Shown: positions 50,859 through 62,119, counted from the first letter of the stretch. The stretch is DNA of 64,000 nt from an uncultured delta proteobacterium (GCA_963733195.1 CAVTCR010000059.1:128001-192000); one strand, 5' to 3'. The notes: generated by a model from the sequence alone, not told the origin. Program-made: numbers and translations.

Positions 50859-51650
50859 CTATTTCCCCTGAAACTTCGGCCTGCGCTTTTGCATAAACGC
50901 CGACACTCCTTCTTTGTAATCATCACTGTTAAAGCAACGAGTAGACCAGGCACGAATTTTGTCTATGTCGCGCAGGTTTGCTGCTTTGGTGCTCTCGCGG
51001 ACAAAAAACTTGTGGGCGCCGACACTCAATGGAGCGTTGTCGGCGATCTTTGCAGCATAGTCGCGGGTGAACGATTCCAGCTCGGCTTTGGGAACAATAC
51101 GATTCACCAACCCCATCCGTAAGGCTTCGTCCGCGTTGTACACACGAGCAGTGACAAGAATCTCCGTCGCGTTGGCTGCACCAACAACATGTACGAGACG
51201 CTCCACTCCACGCTCGATTGGATAAGCGACGCTCAGGCGTGCAGCCGGAATACAAAAGCGAGAGTCATCTGAACACACGCGAAGATCGCACATGACCGCG
51301 ACCGAACAGCCGCCACCAAAACAAATACCATTGATCATAGCGATCACGGGTTTCTCTAGAGTCGCCAGCGATCCAAGTGCTGCTCCCGTCGCACGGTCGT
51401 ATGTTTGCGTCGCATCGGCGTTGGCACGAACAGACCCAAATTGTGAGATGTCTGCTCCAGAGATAAACGCTTCGTCACCTGTACCACGAATGAGCAATAC
51501 GCGGATGTCGTCATCCGCTGCGACCTGGGCGACAAAGTCAGGAATCGCCTGCCACATTTCTAAGCTGACGGCATTACGACGTTCTGGACGGTTAAAGGTA
51601 ATCCATGCTAGCGGAGCTTCTTTGTGAAACAGTAATGGTTGGGTAGACAT
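50859..51650 (-). CDS. Enoyl-CoA hydratase/isomerase
   Basis: NRPERRNA, FISGADI, KPVIAMINGICFGGG, DYKEG. Confidence 0.93.
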   Translation of the reverse strand: MSTQPLLFHKEAPLAWITFNRPERRNAVSLEMWQAIPDFVAQVAADDDIRVLLIRGTGDEAFISGADISQFGSVRANADATQTYDRATGAALGSLATLEKPVIAMINGICFGGGCSVAVMCDLRVCSDDSRFCIPAARLSVAYPIERGVERLVHVVGAANATEILVTARVYNADEALRMGLVNRIVPKAELESFTRDYAAKIADNAPLSVGAHKFFVRESTKAANLRDIDKIRAWSTRCFNSDDYKEGVSAFMQKRRPKFQGK

Positions 51651-51758
51651 ACAATATTCCTCTTAAGGCTTGAGGCTACAGACTACAGGCTAGAGGGAAA
51701 ACTGAGGTCCTAGCCTGTAGCTGATGCTTAGCTGATCACTGATGGCTGACAGCTTTTT

Positions 51759-52673
51759 CTAGCGAAACGCGGGGATTACTTCCTTAGCTAGGAAACGCGT
51801 ATTCTCATCTACATAGTCAGGTCGACACGCGGAAGGCAAAACGATCATCTGCGCTCCAGCATCGACATACTCTTTAAGCCGTTTTTGGCAGTCCTCGGGC
51901 GTTCCCGCGAGTGCGTATTTGTCGATCAGTTTCGAGAAATCCTGATTGTACTGTTTGCTGAGCTTGTCACTTGCCATCTGACGACCAGTCTCCTTGTTGG
52001 CGTGTACTGCGGCGAATATGAAAACCCCGGGAGTAAAAGGTGCTGATTCTCGTCCATACTCTTTGCGCAGTTTGTTAATCGTCTCGATGCTGCTGTGGAG
52101 TTGTTCGGGGGTGTACATATAGGGCAGCCAACCGTTGGCGTACTTGGCCGTGCGTTTCATGGCCGGTTCTTTGCGACCAGCAACCCAGATAGGCGGATGC
52201 GGGTGCTGTTGCGGTGCCGGCTCAATGGAGACTTCGTTTAAAGTAGTAAACTTCCCTTTGAAAGTGACATTTTTCTCTGTCCACAGTTTGGTGATCACTT
52301 CGAGTGCTTCATTGGTGCGCGCTCCGCGCTGATTGACCGGTACACCGCACGCTTCAAACTCTTTGGGGAACTCGCCACCAATACCGACGCCGAAGTTGTA
52401 GCGGCCGCCAGAGGCGACATCGAGTGCGGCGCCCATCTTCGCGACGATTGCCGCAGGATACAGTGGAAGCAAAACTACTGAGCTGAGCAGCTTGATCTTT
52501 TTTGTTGCGCCAGCTGCGACCGACAAGGAAATAAAGGTGTTGGAGACAGGTCCGTAAAACATCACATGCTCACCACAGCCGAGAAAGTCATAGCCGAGGT
52601 CTTCAGCTTGTTGGGCAAATTCTGCAGTTCCTGTGACCGACGGCAGCGCCGTCCCAAATTCGATCTTCGCCAT
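51759..52673 (-). CDS. LLM-class flavin/F420-dependent oxidoreductase
   Basis: GEHV, LDVASGGR..GVGIG, PQQHPHPPIWVAG. Confidence 0.9.
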   Translation of the reverse strand: MAKIEFGTALPSVTGTAEFAQQAEDLGYDFLGCGEHVMFYGPVSNTFISLSVAAGATKKIKLLSSVVLLPLYPAAIVAKMGAALDVASGGRYNFGVGIGGEFPKEFEACGVPVNQRGARTNEALEVITKLWTEKNVTFKGKFTTLNEVSIEPAPQQHPHPPIWVAGRKEPAMKRTAKYANGWLPYMYTPEQLHSSIETINKLRKEYGRESAPFTPGVFIFAAVHANKETGRQMASDKLSKQYNQDFSKLIDKYALAGTPEDCQKRLKEYVDAGAQMIVLPSACRPDYVDENTRFLAKEVIPAFR

Positions 52674-52793
52674 GTGCCCTCCTTAGTGAATAGCGTGGTC
52701 TCTTTCATAGCCTTGGTGCGGGCAAGGAATCAACCCGTGTTGACATCACAAGCGAGCCCCTCGTATCGTGATTACGGGCAAACGGAGGAATTG

Positions 52794-53171
52794 ATGGCGA
52801 TGTCATACTTCACTCGTGTGGTGGAAGAGCGTATCCGCGAAGCACAAAAGGAAGGCGCGTTCGACAATCTACCGGGTAAGGGTAAGCCGTTGCAGTTAGA
52901 GGACCAAAGTCTGATCCCAGAAGACCTCCGTATATCATACCACATTTTGCGCAACGCTCATGTCTTGCCGCCGGAAGCCGAGATCCAGAAAGAGATTCAT
53001 ACGCTCCAAGATCTCTTAAAATATGTTGAAGAAGATGGCGAGCGCAAATCCTTACTGAAGGACATCGAGTGGAAGTTCATTCGCCTTGACATGCTGCGCC
53101 GACGCTCGTTCTCTTGGCAAACGTCTCGTTTCTACGGGAAGAAACTGGTACGGCGTCTTCTGCATCGGTAG
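52794..53171 (+). CDS. DUF1992 domain protein
   Basis: EERIREAQKEGAFDNLPGKGKPL..LRNAHVLPP; GGAGG RBS. Confidence 0.88.
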   Translation: MAMSYFTRVVEERIREAQKEGAFDNLPGKGKPLQLEDQSLIPEDLRISYHILRNAHVLPPEAEIQKEIHTLQDLLKYVEEDGERKSLLKDIEWKFIRLDMLRRRSFSWQTSRFYGKKLVRRLLHR

Positions 53172-53198
53172 CTCCTCATTCAGCAGCCTCCAATCTCT

Positions 53199-53295
53199 GT
53201 AGGGGAAAAGTGAAAAGGGGGAAAGGGTTAAAGGGAGATGGAAAAGGGTTTCTTCTTTATCCCCTGTCCCTTTTCTCCGTTTGCCCATTTTCCCT
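53199..53295. repeat. Inverted purine/pyrimidine heptamer arrays
   Basis: (GGGRAAA)-like tract followed by a (TTTNCCC)-like tract. Confidence 0.6.
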
Positions 53296-53377
53296 AAGTA
53301 TTCTTATGTAATGCTAATTGCTGTGTCCCTAAAAGACAGGTAAAGCTGGACCTATTATCGCGCAGGAGGAGACTACC

Positions 53378-54289
53378 ATGAGCGTCATGCGGCTTGGGTT
53401 CGTTCACGTACGTGAGAGCGATCTAGATAAAGCCTCTACTTATTACACCGATGTGCTCGGCTTGCAGGAAGTTGCCCGTAAAGACGGCAAACGCTACTTC
53501 AAATGTTGGGATGAATACGACCATCACAGCGTGGTCATCGAAAATGGTGGTCTTGGACTGGTCAAAATGGGCTACAAGGTTGAGTCCCAAGATGAACTGA
53601 ATGCCCTGGAGAAAAAGATCGAAGCGTTCGGCATGCCAGTGCGGCGCGTGTCACGTGGTGAGAATCTCGGCATTGGGCAAGCGCTCCGGTGTACCTTGCC
53701 GTCAGACCACGTATTGGAACTTTATGCTGAGGCGGAACAACGTGGGACTTCGACTGGCGTCCTCAATCCTGATCCCTGGCCAGGGGAGCAGAAAGGGATT
53801 GCCCCATCGCGCCTCGACCATATGCTGGTGACGGCAGAAGACGTCAAACTCAATGTCGACTTTTTCACTAAAGTGCTCGGCTTTCGTATGAGCGAGCGGA
53901 TCATTCCTGGTCCCGGAAACGAAGAACTCCTCGGCGCGTTTCTGTTCTGTTCCAACAAGGCTCATGACATTGCCTTTGTCAAAGGTCCAAATGGCAAACT
54001 CCATCACTACGCCTTCTGGCTTGATAGCTGGAACGACATCCTGCGCGCCGGTGACGTGCTGAGTAAGAACGGAATGAAAATTGACTTCGGCCCGGCACGA
54101 CATGGCATCACGCGTGGCACAACAATCTATTTCTTTGGTCCGAACGGAAATCGTAATGAAGTGTTCTCGGGTGGGTATATGACCTATCCAGATTTTCCTT
54201 GCATTACCTGGACGGCCGATCAGATTGGCAAAGCGATCTTCTACATTCACCAAGAGGTGAACGAACGCTTCAGCAACTACACCACATAG
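53378..54289 (+). CDS. xylE: Catechol 2,3-dioxygenase (type I extradiol)
   Basis: KCWDEYDHHS, RLDH, HDIAF, LHHYAF, HGITRGTTIYFF, NRNEVFSGGY. Confidence 0.92.
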   Translation: MSVMRLGFVHVRESDLDKASTYYTDVLGLQEVARKDGKRYFKCWDEYDHHSVVIENGGLGLVKMGYKVESQDELNALEKKIEAFGMPVRRVSRGENLGIGQALRCTLPSDHVLELYAEAEQRGTSTGVLNPDPWPGEQKGIAPSRLDHMLVTAEDVKLNVDFFTKVLGFRMSERIIPGPGNEELLGAFLFCSNKAHDIAFVKGPNGKLHHYAFWLDSWNDILRAGDVLSKNGMKIDFGPARHGITRGTTIYFFGPNGNRNEVFSGGYMTYPDFPCITWTADQIGKAIFYIHQEVNERFSNYTT

Positions 54290-54317
54290 GTTACTTTAAA
54301 AAAGTAACCATTCTTTG

Positions 54318-54348
54318 CTGCCCCGCAAGCCCTGCGGGGCAGATTTTT
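54318..54348 (+). terminator. Intrinsic terminator after catechol dioxygenase
   Basis: CTGCCCCGCA-agccc-TGCGGGGCAG followed by ATTTTT. Confidence 0.75.
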
Positions 54349-54459
54349 CCTCCTCTCTTTGCCTTCAGTTGAAAATATCACTCTGAGTTTTCCTCTCCCT
54401 TGACACTGCTCTGCGGCGACTTACTTTTAGCCAATATACACATACTAGGAGGTCGTCAC

Positions 54460-54900
54460 ATGACATTGATTCATTGGAACCCAATGCACGAGTTGGCTAA
54501 AACACAGAAGCAATTTTCTACTCTACTGAACGAAGCTCTCCATCGCGAAACTGTCCCCTATGCGGGACGTGAAACTTGGAGTCCCGCTGTTGATGTGAGT
54601 GAGACTGCAGAGGGTTATACTTTTGCAATTGAATTGCCCGGTATGACTCCGGAGACGGTTTCCGTTGAGGTGAAAGACAACGTACTGACCGTTAAAGGGG
54701 AACGCAAAGAAGCCATGCTCAAAGACGGAACACAGTATCTCCACCGCGAGCGCTCGTATGGACGTTTTGCCCGCGTATTTCGTATGGCGAAACCAGTCAA
54801 TGCGGATAGTGTGACTGCGTCCTACCGGGACGGAGTTCTCTCGATCGCTGTTCCTCTGCGTGAAGAGGCGAAGCCCCGCAAGATTCACGTTCAGGGATAA
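54460..54900 (+). CDS. Hsp20/alpha-crystallin small heat shock protein
   Basis: WSPAVDV, ELPG, ERSYGRFAR, ASYRDGVL; AGGAGG RBS. Confidence 0.93.
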   Translation: MTLIHWNPMHELAKTQKQFSTLLNEALHRETVPYAGRETWSPAVDVSETAEGYTFAIELPGMTPETVSVEVKDNVLTVKGERKEAMLKDGTQYLHRERSYGRFARVFRMAKPVNADSVTASYRDGVLSIAVPLREEAKPRKIHVQG

Positions 54901-54957
54901 CACGTACGACCTCATTGAAAGATTGCTAGCGTAGCAGCACAGGAAGGAGCGTAGCTC

Positions 54958-57576
54958 ATGGATCTCAATCGCTTGACCGAAAAATCGCAAGAAGCTCTCC
55001 GCAATGCACAAGCACTGGCGACCAGACGCAACCACCAGAGCGTAGATGTAGAACACCTTCTTGCTGCGTTATGCGAAGAGACCGATGGGTTGACGGCTGC
55101 GCTCCTGGCCGGTGCTGGAATTGCACCAAGTGCGGTGCGCGAGCGAGTCGAGCAGGAACTCGCTCGCATCCCACAGGTGTCCGGTCCAGGTGCCGGAGCT
55201 CAACAAGTCTACATCACACAACGCCTCTCTCGTACACTCACTCAGGCAGAGGATGAGGCCAAAGATCTCAAAGACGAGTATGTCAGCGTCGAACATCTCC
55301 TCTTAGCGATGCTGAACGATAGTGGAAACGTTAGCCGACTCTTAAAATCCCTTGGTATGACTCGTGAGCGCTTCATGACTGCCTTACAAAAAGTGCGTGG
55401 CCATCAACGTGTAACCAGCCCTAATCCCGAGACAACCTATCAAGCCTTAGAGCGTTACGGACGGGACCTGACCAAGCTCGCGACACAAGGGAAACTCGAC
55501 CCGGTCATTGGTCGTGATGAAGAAATCCGTCGCGTCGTACAAGTCCTCTCTCGACGGACCAAGAACAACCCTGTGTTAATCGGTGATCCGGGGGTAGGGA
55601 AGACTGCGATTGTCGAAGGGCTGGCGCAACGCATTGTTCGTGGCGATGTTCCAGAAAGCTTAAAGAACAAGCGCCTCATCGTGCTTGATATGGGGTCTCT
55701 GATAGCTGGAGCGAAATTCCGCGGCGAGTTTGAAGAGCGCCTCAAAGCAGTACTCAAAGAAGTACAGGAGTCCAACGGCGAAGTGATTCTCTTCATCGAC
55801 GAACTTCACACGGTAGTGGGTGCTGGTGCTGCCGAAGGAGCCATGGATGCCTCTAATCTGCTTAAGCCGATGCTGGCGCGTGGTGAGTTGCACTGCATTG
55901 GCGCGACCACGCTTGATGAATATCGCAAGTATGTCGAAAAAGATCGTGCGTTAGAGCGTCGCTTTCAACCCGTGTTGGTCGATCAACCTAATGTCGAAGA
56001 TACCATTTCAATTCTGCGCGGATTACGTGAGCGGTACGAAGTGCATCATGGTGTACGCATTAAAGACGCGGCACTGGTCTCCGCTGCCGTCTTGTCGCAT
56101 CGTTATATCAGTGACCGTTTCTTGCCGGATAAAGCGATTGACCTCGTTGATGAAGCCGCAGCTAAATTACGAACAGAAATTGATTCGATGCCTACTGAGT
56201 TGGATGAAGTATCACGAAGAGTGATGCAGCTTGAGATCGAACGAGAAGCATTGCGGAAGGAAACTGATCAGTCCTCACGTGAGCGGCTTATTAAACTTGA
56301 GAAAGAACTAGCTAACCTCAAAGAAGAAGATCATCGGTTGCGGGCGCAGTGGGAACGTGAGAAAGGCGCACTCGGTGGAGTGGCAGAACTGCAGAAAAAA
56401 CTTGAGGCGGCTCGTCAAGAACTTGCCAAAGTTAGCCGTCCGGACAGTAAAGACTATAATCTCGCGCGGGCGAGTGAGCTTCAATATAAAGATATTCCTG
56501 AACTCGAAAACCTCATCGCCACAGCCGGAGAAAGCGGCGCGCGCTTGATCAAAGATCATGTTGACGAAGATGACATTGCCGCAGTCGTCTCACGATGGAC
56601 AGGCATTCCGGTCATCAAATTGCTCGAGGGGGAGAAAGAAAAGCTCCTCCATCTTGATAGCCATCTCCACAAACGTGTCATTGGACAAGACGAAGCGGTA
56701 CAAGTCGTGTCTGACGCGGTGATCCGTACACGTTCTGGCCTCAAAGATCCGAACCGTCCGATTGGATCGTTTATCTTTCTCGGACCTACTGGGGTGGGAA
56801 AAACCGAACTTGCGCGTGCGTTGGCAGAGTTCCTATTCGATGACGAAGCGAATATGGTTCGTCTCGACATGTCGGAGTACATGGAGAAGCACACTGTCGC
56901 ACGCTTGATTGGTGCACCTCCAGGGTATGTTGGCTATGACGAAGGCGGTCAACTCACTGAGGCAGTACGACGACGACCGTACTCAGTCATCCTTTTCGAC
57001 GAAATCGAGAAAGCGCATCCGGACGTCTTCAATGTCTTACTGCAGATTCTCGATGACGGGCGGCTGACCGATGGTCATGGACGTACGGTGGATTTCAAGA
57101 ATACTGCGGTAATTATGACTTCGAACGTTGGCAGTCAATTGATTCTCGGATATCGGGGTGGTGACGACTCCGTTGCCTACGAACAGATGAAACGATCTGT
57201 GCTTGAGGCCCTACAGCAGCAGTTCCGGCCAGAGTTTCTCAACCGGGTTGATGACATCGTCGTGTTCCACAGTTTGTCGCGTGAACATCTCAAGTCTATT
57301 GTGGACATTCAGCTTGAACGTTTGCGTAGACGGTTGGCAGAGCGCCATATCACACTCGAACTGACAGAGGGAGCGAAGGAATACTTTGCGACCGCTGGTT
57401 ATGACCCGACCTACGGGGCGCGGCCACTCAAGCGGTTACTTCAGCGCGAGATCGAGACGACACTTGGACGGAAACTATTGGCTGGTGAGATCGGTGAGCA
57501 TTCGCGGGTCGTCGTTGACTGGAACGGCAAGAATCTGTCGTTTGCTGGTCACCCAGCGATAGCTGAAGCAGCCTGA
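54958..57576 (+). CDS. clpB: Chaperone ClpB
   Basis: Two AAA modules ([16 protein letters not shown]), M-domain coiled coil, GARPLKR. Confidence 0.95.
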   Translation: MDLNRLTEKSQEALRNAQALATRRNHQSVDVEHLLAALCEETDGLTAALLAGAGIAPSAVRERVEQELARIPQVSGPGAGAQQVYITQRLSRTLTQAEDEAKDLKDEYVSVEHLLLAMLNDSGNVSRLLKSLGMTRERFMTALQKVRGHQRVTSPNPETTYQALERYGRDLTKLATQGKLDPVIGRDEEIRRVVQVLSRRTKNNPVLIGDPGVGKTAIVEGLAQRIVRGDVPESLKNKRLIVLDMGSLIAGAKFRGEFEERLKAVLKEVQESNGEVILFIDELHTVVGAGAAEGAMDASNLLKPMLARGELHCIGATTLDEYRKYVEKDRALERRFQPVLVDQPNVEDTISILRGLRERYEVHHGVRIKDAALVSAAVLSHRYISDRFLPDKAIDLVDEAAAKLRTEIDSMPTELDEVSRRVMQLEIEREALRKETDQSSRERLIKLEKELANLKEEDHRLRAQWEREKGALGGVAELQKKLEAARQELAKVSRPDSKDYNLARASELQYKDIPELENLIATAGESGARLIKDHVDEDDIAAVVSRWTGIPVIKLLEGEKEKLLHLDSHLHKRVIGQDEAVQVVSDAVIRTRSGLKDPNRPIGSFIFLGPTGVGKTELARALAEFLFDDEANMVRLDMSEYMEKHTVARLIGAPPGYVGYDEGGQLTEAVRRRPYSVILFDEIEKAHPDVFNVLLQILDDGRLTDGHGRTVDFKNTAVIMTSNVGSQLILGYRGGDDSVAYEQMKRSVLEALQQQFRPEFLNRVDDIVVFHSLSREHLKSIVDIQLERLRRRLAERHITLELTEGAKEYFATAGYDPTYGARPLKRLLQREIETTLGRKLLAGEIGEHSRVVVDWNGKNLSFAGHPAIAEAA

Positions 57577-59183
57577 CCAGGGAGTGCGGGGACTTCTGCA
57601 GGGGGGAAGTCCCGCGCAATATAACGTGAATAAATATCGTAACGTTCGAGAATAGTGTTGGCGTAGCGCACAGCCTCTCGTCCTTGTGCATAGCCAAAAA
57701 GTGTCTTGTTGTGATAGGTGGGGTCCTCTAATAAAGGGAGGATCTGTTCCACCGACCCCGTCCAGCAGTCCGGATCATATCCTTGCAGCTGTGCGATCCG
57801 TTGCGCGTCTTCGACATGTCCGAGGCCCATCACATAACTGGCAAGGATGAAAGCGAGACGATCTCGCGGGCGTCCACTTTGAAAACGGCGTGAGAGGAAA
57901 CTGAGATACTTCACGCCTGCCTCAATGTTCGCGTGGGGATCTTGGAAGTTCTTTAATCCAACGAGTTGTGCTGTAAACGGCATTAGCTGCATCAGCCCGA
58001 ACGCTCCTGCGCTACTGACTCGGGTATGGTCGAAGCGAGACTCTTCAAAAATCAACGCTGCCACAAACCGCCAATCAAACCCAGCTTCTTCTGCATAGCG
58101 TGCAATGATCTGATCATACCGGGACAGCCGCTTTTTTTCACTGAGCGAGCCCTCGAATACACGAGGAGCGGCATGTCGAATCGAAGGGGAGAGAAAATAT
58201 TTTTCCGTCAGTATTTTCTTCTCACCTGAACGACTGATTCGCTCCAAGTAAGCGTCAATGGTGCGTAACAACTCTGTCTGGCCTGGACGCACCGCCCATA
58301 CGAGCCTCACTGGTTGTGGGAGTGGCCAGGCTGAACGTAACTGCCCTGGATACCAGACATGCGCGACATGGACGAGCGGGTCCATGAGTACTGTGGCCGC
58401 GGTCCGCCCAGTGATTACACCGCTTAATACCTCTCGAATATCTTCCTTACCAGTGATAGTCGGTAAAATAGATGGGAGCGTCAGCGTTTGAGTTGCGATT
58501 TGCAATTGGTAAGCATAGGCAGAGCCGGCATGAAGTGCAACAGGTTGACCAGCCAAGTCAGGGAGGGTGCGAGGTGCTGATTCATCACTGCGGGTGACGA
58601 CTTGTGCGGTTGTTTCAAAATAAGGCCGAGAGGTGAGCACTGGTCCGGGACTCACTCCCCCGATCGTGGTCAGACCAGCGAGAATATCTCCCTTCCCGTC
58701 ATGGAGCCATGCGACCGCGTCGATTCCAGGTGGCGAGGTGACAATATCTACGCGAATACCAAGCTCACGACCGAAGGCTTCCGCAAGTTCGTACTCAAAC
58801 CCCTTTTGTTCACCTCCCTGGAGGAAATAGGATGCAGGACCATGTTGCATCAAGAACGTGACTGCTCCTCGGCGTTGTAAGTCGGCAGCGGTAAGCTGAG
58901 GAGACACTGTTTGTGAATTGTCTCCAACATTTGCTTTGGAAAGTCGAGAGCTTTCAGTGATAGCGGGGATTTGCGAAGAGGGATGAAACCCGACATAGGG
59001 GTCATTAGCAACTATTGTTTGTTTGGAGATTGCTAGATGAGGAAGTTCGCGCATCAGGGGAGAGACTAGGCGCTGTGAGAACAAGTCTGGACGGGATCGG
59101 GCCATACTACAAACCACACCAGCCACTACCACCAACCAAACCCCGACACGCAAGTAGACGGCGGTCATGCGGGCCAAATACAT
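57549..59183 (-). CDS. MltF-like lytic transglycosylase with substrate-binding domain
   Basis: GFEYELA SBP domain; [16 protein letters not shown] motifs; [17 protein letters not shown]. Confidence 0.88.
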   Translation of the reverse strand: MYLARMTAVYLRVGVWLVVVAGVVCSMARSRPDLFSQRLVSPLMRELPHLAISKQTIVANDPYVGFHPSSQIPAITESSRLSKANVGDNSQTVSPQLTAADLQRRGAVTFLMQHGPASYFLQGGEQKGFEYELAEAFGRELGIRVDIVTSPPGIDAVAWLHDGKGDILAGLTTIGGVSPGPVLTSRPYFETTAQVVTRSDESAPRTLPDLAGQPVALHAGSAYAYQLQIATQTLTLPSILPTITGKEDIREVLSGVITGRTAATVLMDPLVHVAHVWYPGQLRSAWPLPQPVRLVWAVRPGQTELLRTIDAYLERISRSGEKKILTEKYFLSPSIRHAAPRVFEGSLSEKKRLSRYDQIIARYAEEAGFDWRFVAALIFEESRFDHTRVSSAGAFGLMQLMPFTAQLVGLKNFQDPHANIEAGVKYLSFLSRRFQSGRPRDRLAFILASYVMGLGHVEDAQRIAQLQGYDPDCWTGSVEQILPLLEDPTYHNKTLFGYAQGREAVRYANTILERYDIYSRYIARDFPPAEVPALPGQAASAIAG

Positions 59184-59215
59184 GACCGCCTACGCTTTGA
59201 CAAGTCCTTTGTGCG

Positions 59216-59244
59216 TTGACAGGGAAATTTTTTTTCCCTACCGT
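59216..59244 (+). promoter_or_regulatory. Promoter and operator of TetR gene
   Basis: TTGACA-N17-TACCGT overlapped by AGGGAAA-N5-TTTCCCT; ATG 8 nt later suggests a leaderless mRNA. Confidence 0.55.
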
Positions 59245-59251
59245 GCTGCTC

Positions 59252-59911
59252 ATGGGTGCTCGGGAAAAGATTCTAGAGACGGCGGCACGTCTCTTCTCCA
59301 CTCAAGGCTATCGCGCCACCTCGCTTGCACAGATCGCGCGAGCCGCGCAGGTGAGCAAGGCGCTTGTGTTGTGGCATTTTGATAGCAAAGAGCATCTCTT
59401 CCATGTCGCACTGCAACATTTCCTTGCTCCTTATGAAATCCGTGATCAGGAGATAGATGGGCTCACTGAAAGTGACCAACTTGAACGACTGATTAATGAC
59501 TACTACGAATTCGTTGCGGAACATCTCTACTCGGTCAAGTTTCTCCTGGGTCAAGTCGTGCGTGACGATAAGAATAGTCCGGAATTTGTAACACAAGTCC
59601 GGCAGCTTTATCAGGTGTATCGTGAACTGTTGGCTTCGATTATTGAACGTGGGAAGGCGCAAGGAGTATTTGCTGCCGAAATCCGACCACACACGGAAGC
59701 AGCACTCGTGATGGCCAGCTTAAATGGTCTGCTCGTTCAACGATTAGTTGAAAATGTCGCGGTAGAGGAAGAACGAGAACTCCTTAAGCACTTTCAACAG
59801 ACCCTCCGGGTGCGCCTGAGTCCTCCGACGACGCATCCGGAAGTTGTTGTCCCACCACTCTCGAGATTGCGAGCCGAGACGACACCCTTGCAACGAGTGG
59901 GCCGACAATAA
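59252..59911 (+). CDS. TetR/AcrR family regulator
   Basis: REKILETAARLFSTQGYRATSLAQIARAAQVSKALVLWHFDSKE. Confidence 0.9.
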   Translation: MGAREKILETAARLFSTQGYRATSLAQIARAAQVSKALVLWHFDSKEHLFHVALQHFLAPYEIRDQEIDGLTESDQLERLINDYYEFVAEHLYSVKFLLGQVVRDDKNSPEFVTQVRQLYQVYRELLASIIERGKAQGVFAAEIRPHTEAALVMASLNGLLVQRLVENVAVEEERELLKHFQQTLRVRLSPPTTHPEVVVPPLSRLRAETTPLQRVGRQ

Positions 59912-59989
59912 CATGATGTATTGAATTGCATGGGAACACGGTGTGAGTAAAGTAATCTAGCGTTGCTGAATGGCGACAAAGGAGGTCGT

Positions 59990-60202
59990 ATGGTCGAGAA
60001 AACTATTGAGCTCACTGGGGCGTCGTCAACGAGTATTGAAGATGCCGTTTCTCTGGCTATTGCTCGAGCCGCTGTGACGATTAGTGGCATCTATCATGTC
60101 CAACTCACTGACATTTCTGCTCAGGTTGAGGATGGAATGGTAGCGCGCTGGAAGGTCAAGATCAAAGCCACCTTTCCCGTAAAAGATCGGATACACGAGT
60201 AA
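59990..60202 (+). CDS. Dodecin family protein
   Basis: KTIELTGASSTSIEDAV..AIARAAVT..WKVKIKATF; 70 aa. Confidence 0.85.
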   Translation: MVEKTIELTGASSTSIEDAVSLAIARAAVTISGIYHVQLTDISAQVEDGMVARWKVKIKATFPVKDRIHE

Positions 60203-60207
60203 TCGCT

Positions 60208-61192
60208 ATGGATACGAAGATCCATGAGGTTGCCTCCGGTATCTATCAACTGTATTTACCGCTGCCGATGCGACCAAGCATCGTCAACGTCTACCTCGTG
60301 CGAGATGGCGACGAATGGGCGCTCATCGACACTGGCATGAATAGCGATGATAGCATCGAGACCTTCAAGACTGCTTTGGCACAGGTTGGGTGTCCACTGA
60401 CGGCAGTACGGCAAATCTTCTGTACGCACCATCATGCCGATCATTTTGGGACCTCGCGGGTGTACAAAGAACTCACTGGGGCTACGGTTTTTCTGAACGC
60501 GCTCGAAATCCCGCGTATCGAGCGTATGCAATCCAACACCCCTTTGCCTGAAGGATTGGCCTTTTTTCGCTCACACGGAGTCCCGATTCCCGACTCTCCT
60601 GATGCGATGCCAACTCCAGGCCGTTATTTTGGCACGCTGTACTCGCCGACTCATCCTGACTACCACCTCAATGATGGTGAGGTGCTACGAGTCGGGAAAC
60701 GTGAGATCGTGGTGGTCTGGACACCGGGACACACTGCTGGGCACTGTTGTCTTCTATCTCCCGCAGGACAAGGTTCTCATTGTGGGTGACCATCTGCTGC
60801 CGAAGATTACTCCGCATGTCGGCGTATATTATTTCGGTCCGGACAATCCACTCCAAGATTTTCTCAATTCCCAACAAAAAGTGCAGCAGTTTGATGTCGA
60901 CCTCGTACTCCCAGCCCATGGTGGAGTGTTCAAGGACCATCGCCATCGTGCGCAGCAGATCATCCAACATCACAAATACCGATTACAGGAAATTCTTGAC
61001 ACGATTCGACGCGGACATGCACGAACAGCGCATGATATTGCGATGGAAGTTTTTGGCGTCGGTCAAGATCGCCCGCTGTTCCACATGCTGGCTGCAACTT
61101 TTGAGACCCTCGCGCACTTGCATCTTCTTATGTACGACGGAAAAGCTCGTCGGATTGAGGAGGAAAACACAATACGATTCATTGCTCAGTAA
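60208..61192 (+). CDS. Metallo-beta-lactamase-fold hydrolase (frameshift near 60748)
   Basis: LIDTG, THHHADHFG, TPGHTAGH, then GDHLLPKITP and LPAHG in the next frame. Confidence 0.85.
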
Positions 61193-61321
61193 ACAGCCAA
61201 TCTGCGATCCATTCTCGGGGTGCGACTTACGACGAGTGTGACGAAATTTCTCCGCCTCCCAAACTGAGGACAGACGCTTCACACAGCAACCATAACCTCT
61301 TCATCTTTGCTAAGGAGCGCT

Positions 61322-62053
61322 ATGCGGTACACGATTGTTGATATTGAAACCCGGATTGAAAAGAACTTGGTCCAGGACGTTTATTTCTCGCACGAGAATC
61401 TATCGGCTGAAGAAGCGTACTCCCGGTTTCAACAACAGTTGCGGCAAGAGCAAGGGAACGACTTCTTCCCGCTCTCCTTTCATGTCCCGATCTCGATCGC
61501 TATCGGGCAAGTAAACGAGGAGCGTATCCTGACAGCCGTCGAAACTGTAGATGAAGAAGAGTACAGCGAAGAAAGAATTGTCCGAAGTTTTTGGTCGCGG
61601 CTTGAACGTTTCCCCGGAACGTTAGTAACATTTAATGGCCGTAACTTTGACCTCCCGGTATTAGAGCTTCAGGCGCTGAAGTATGGGTGTTCAGCCCCGC
61701 GTTACTTTGGTGGGAAACATCGTAATCGCTACGCAGAAGAGGGACATTATGATCTCTACGACTTCTTGACCAACCATGGCGTTCATCGCTTACGCGGTGG
61801 GTTTAACGTCGTGGCTAAGCTGATTGGGTTGCCAGGAAAGACCGAGATCGATGGCTCCATGGTCCAACAATTATGGCAAGAGAACCGATTAAATGATATT
61901 CACAGGTACTGCCGCCACGATGTGATCCAAACATACTTTCTGTTCTTACGTATCGAGTTGATGCGTGGGCGCCTCACACCCGGCCAGTATGAACGTACGG
62001 TACAACGGTCTATGAGCTTTTGGGAAGAGCTGGAGAAGAAGACGGACGCCTAA
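61322..62053 (+). CDS. 3'-5' exonuclease (PolB exonuclease-like, DEDDy)
   Basis: VDIET, TFNGRNFDLPVL, HYDL, YCRHDV. Confidence 0.88.
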   Translation: MRYTIVDIETRIEKNLVQDVYFSHENLSAEEAYSRFQQQLRQEQGNDFFPLSFHVPISIAIGQVNEERILTAVETVDEEEYSEERIVRSFWSRLERFPGTLVTFNGRNFDLPVLELQALKYGCSAPRYFGGKHRNRYAEEGHYDLYDFLTNHGVHRLRGGFNVVAKLIGLPGKTEIDGSMVQQLWQENRLNDIHRYCRHDVIQTYFLFLRIELMRGRLTPGQYERTVQRSMSFWEELEKKTDA

Positions 62054-62119
62054 AACAAGTCGCAAATAACCAAAAAGGCTGCGGTCCGGTCGCTATCCAG
62101 TCTCAGCCACACTTGAAAC

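Noticed and set aside
54361-54459. CIRCE element or sigma-32 promoter upstream of hsp20-clpB
   Set aside because: No TTAGCACTC-N9-GAGTGCTAA; a TTGAAA is present without a CCCCAT-like -10; only a weak sigma70-like TTGACA..TACTTT is visible.
57549-57576. 28-nt convergent overlap of clpB and the MltF-like gene
   Set aside because: Short 3' overlaps are common and there is no other sign of function.
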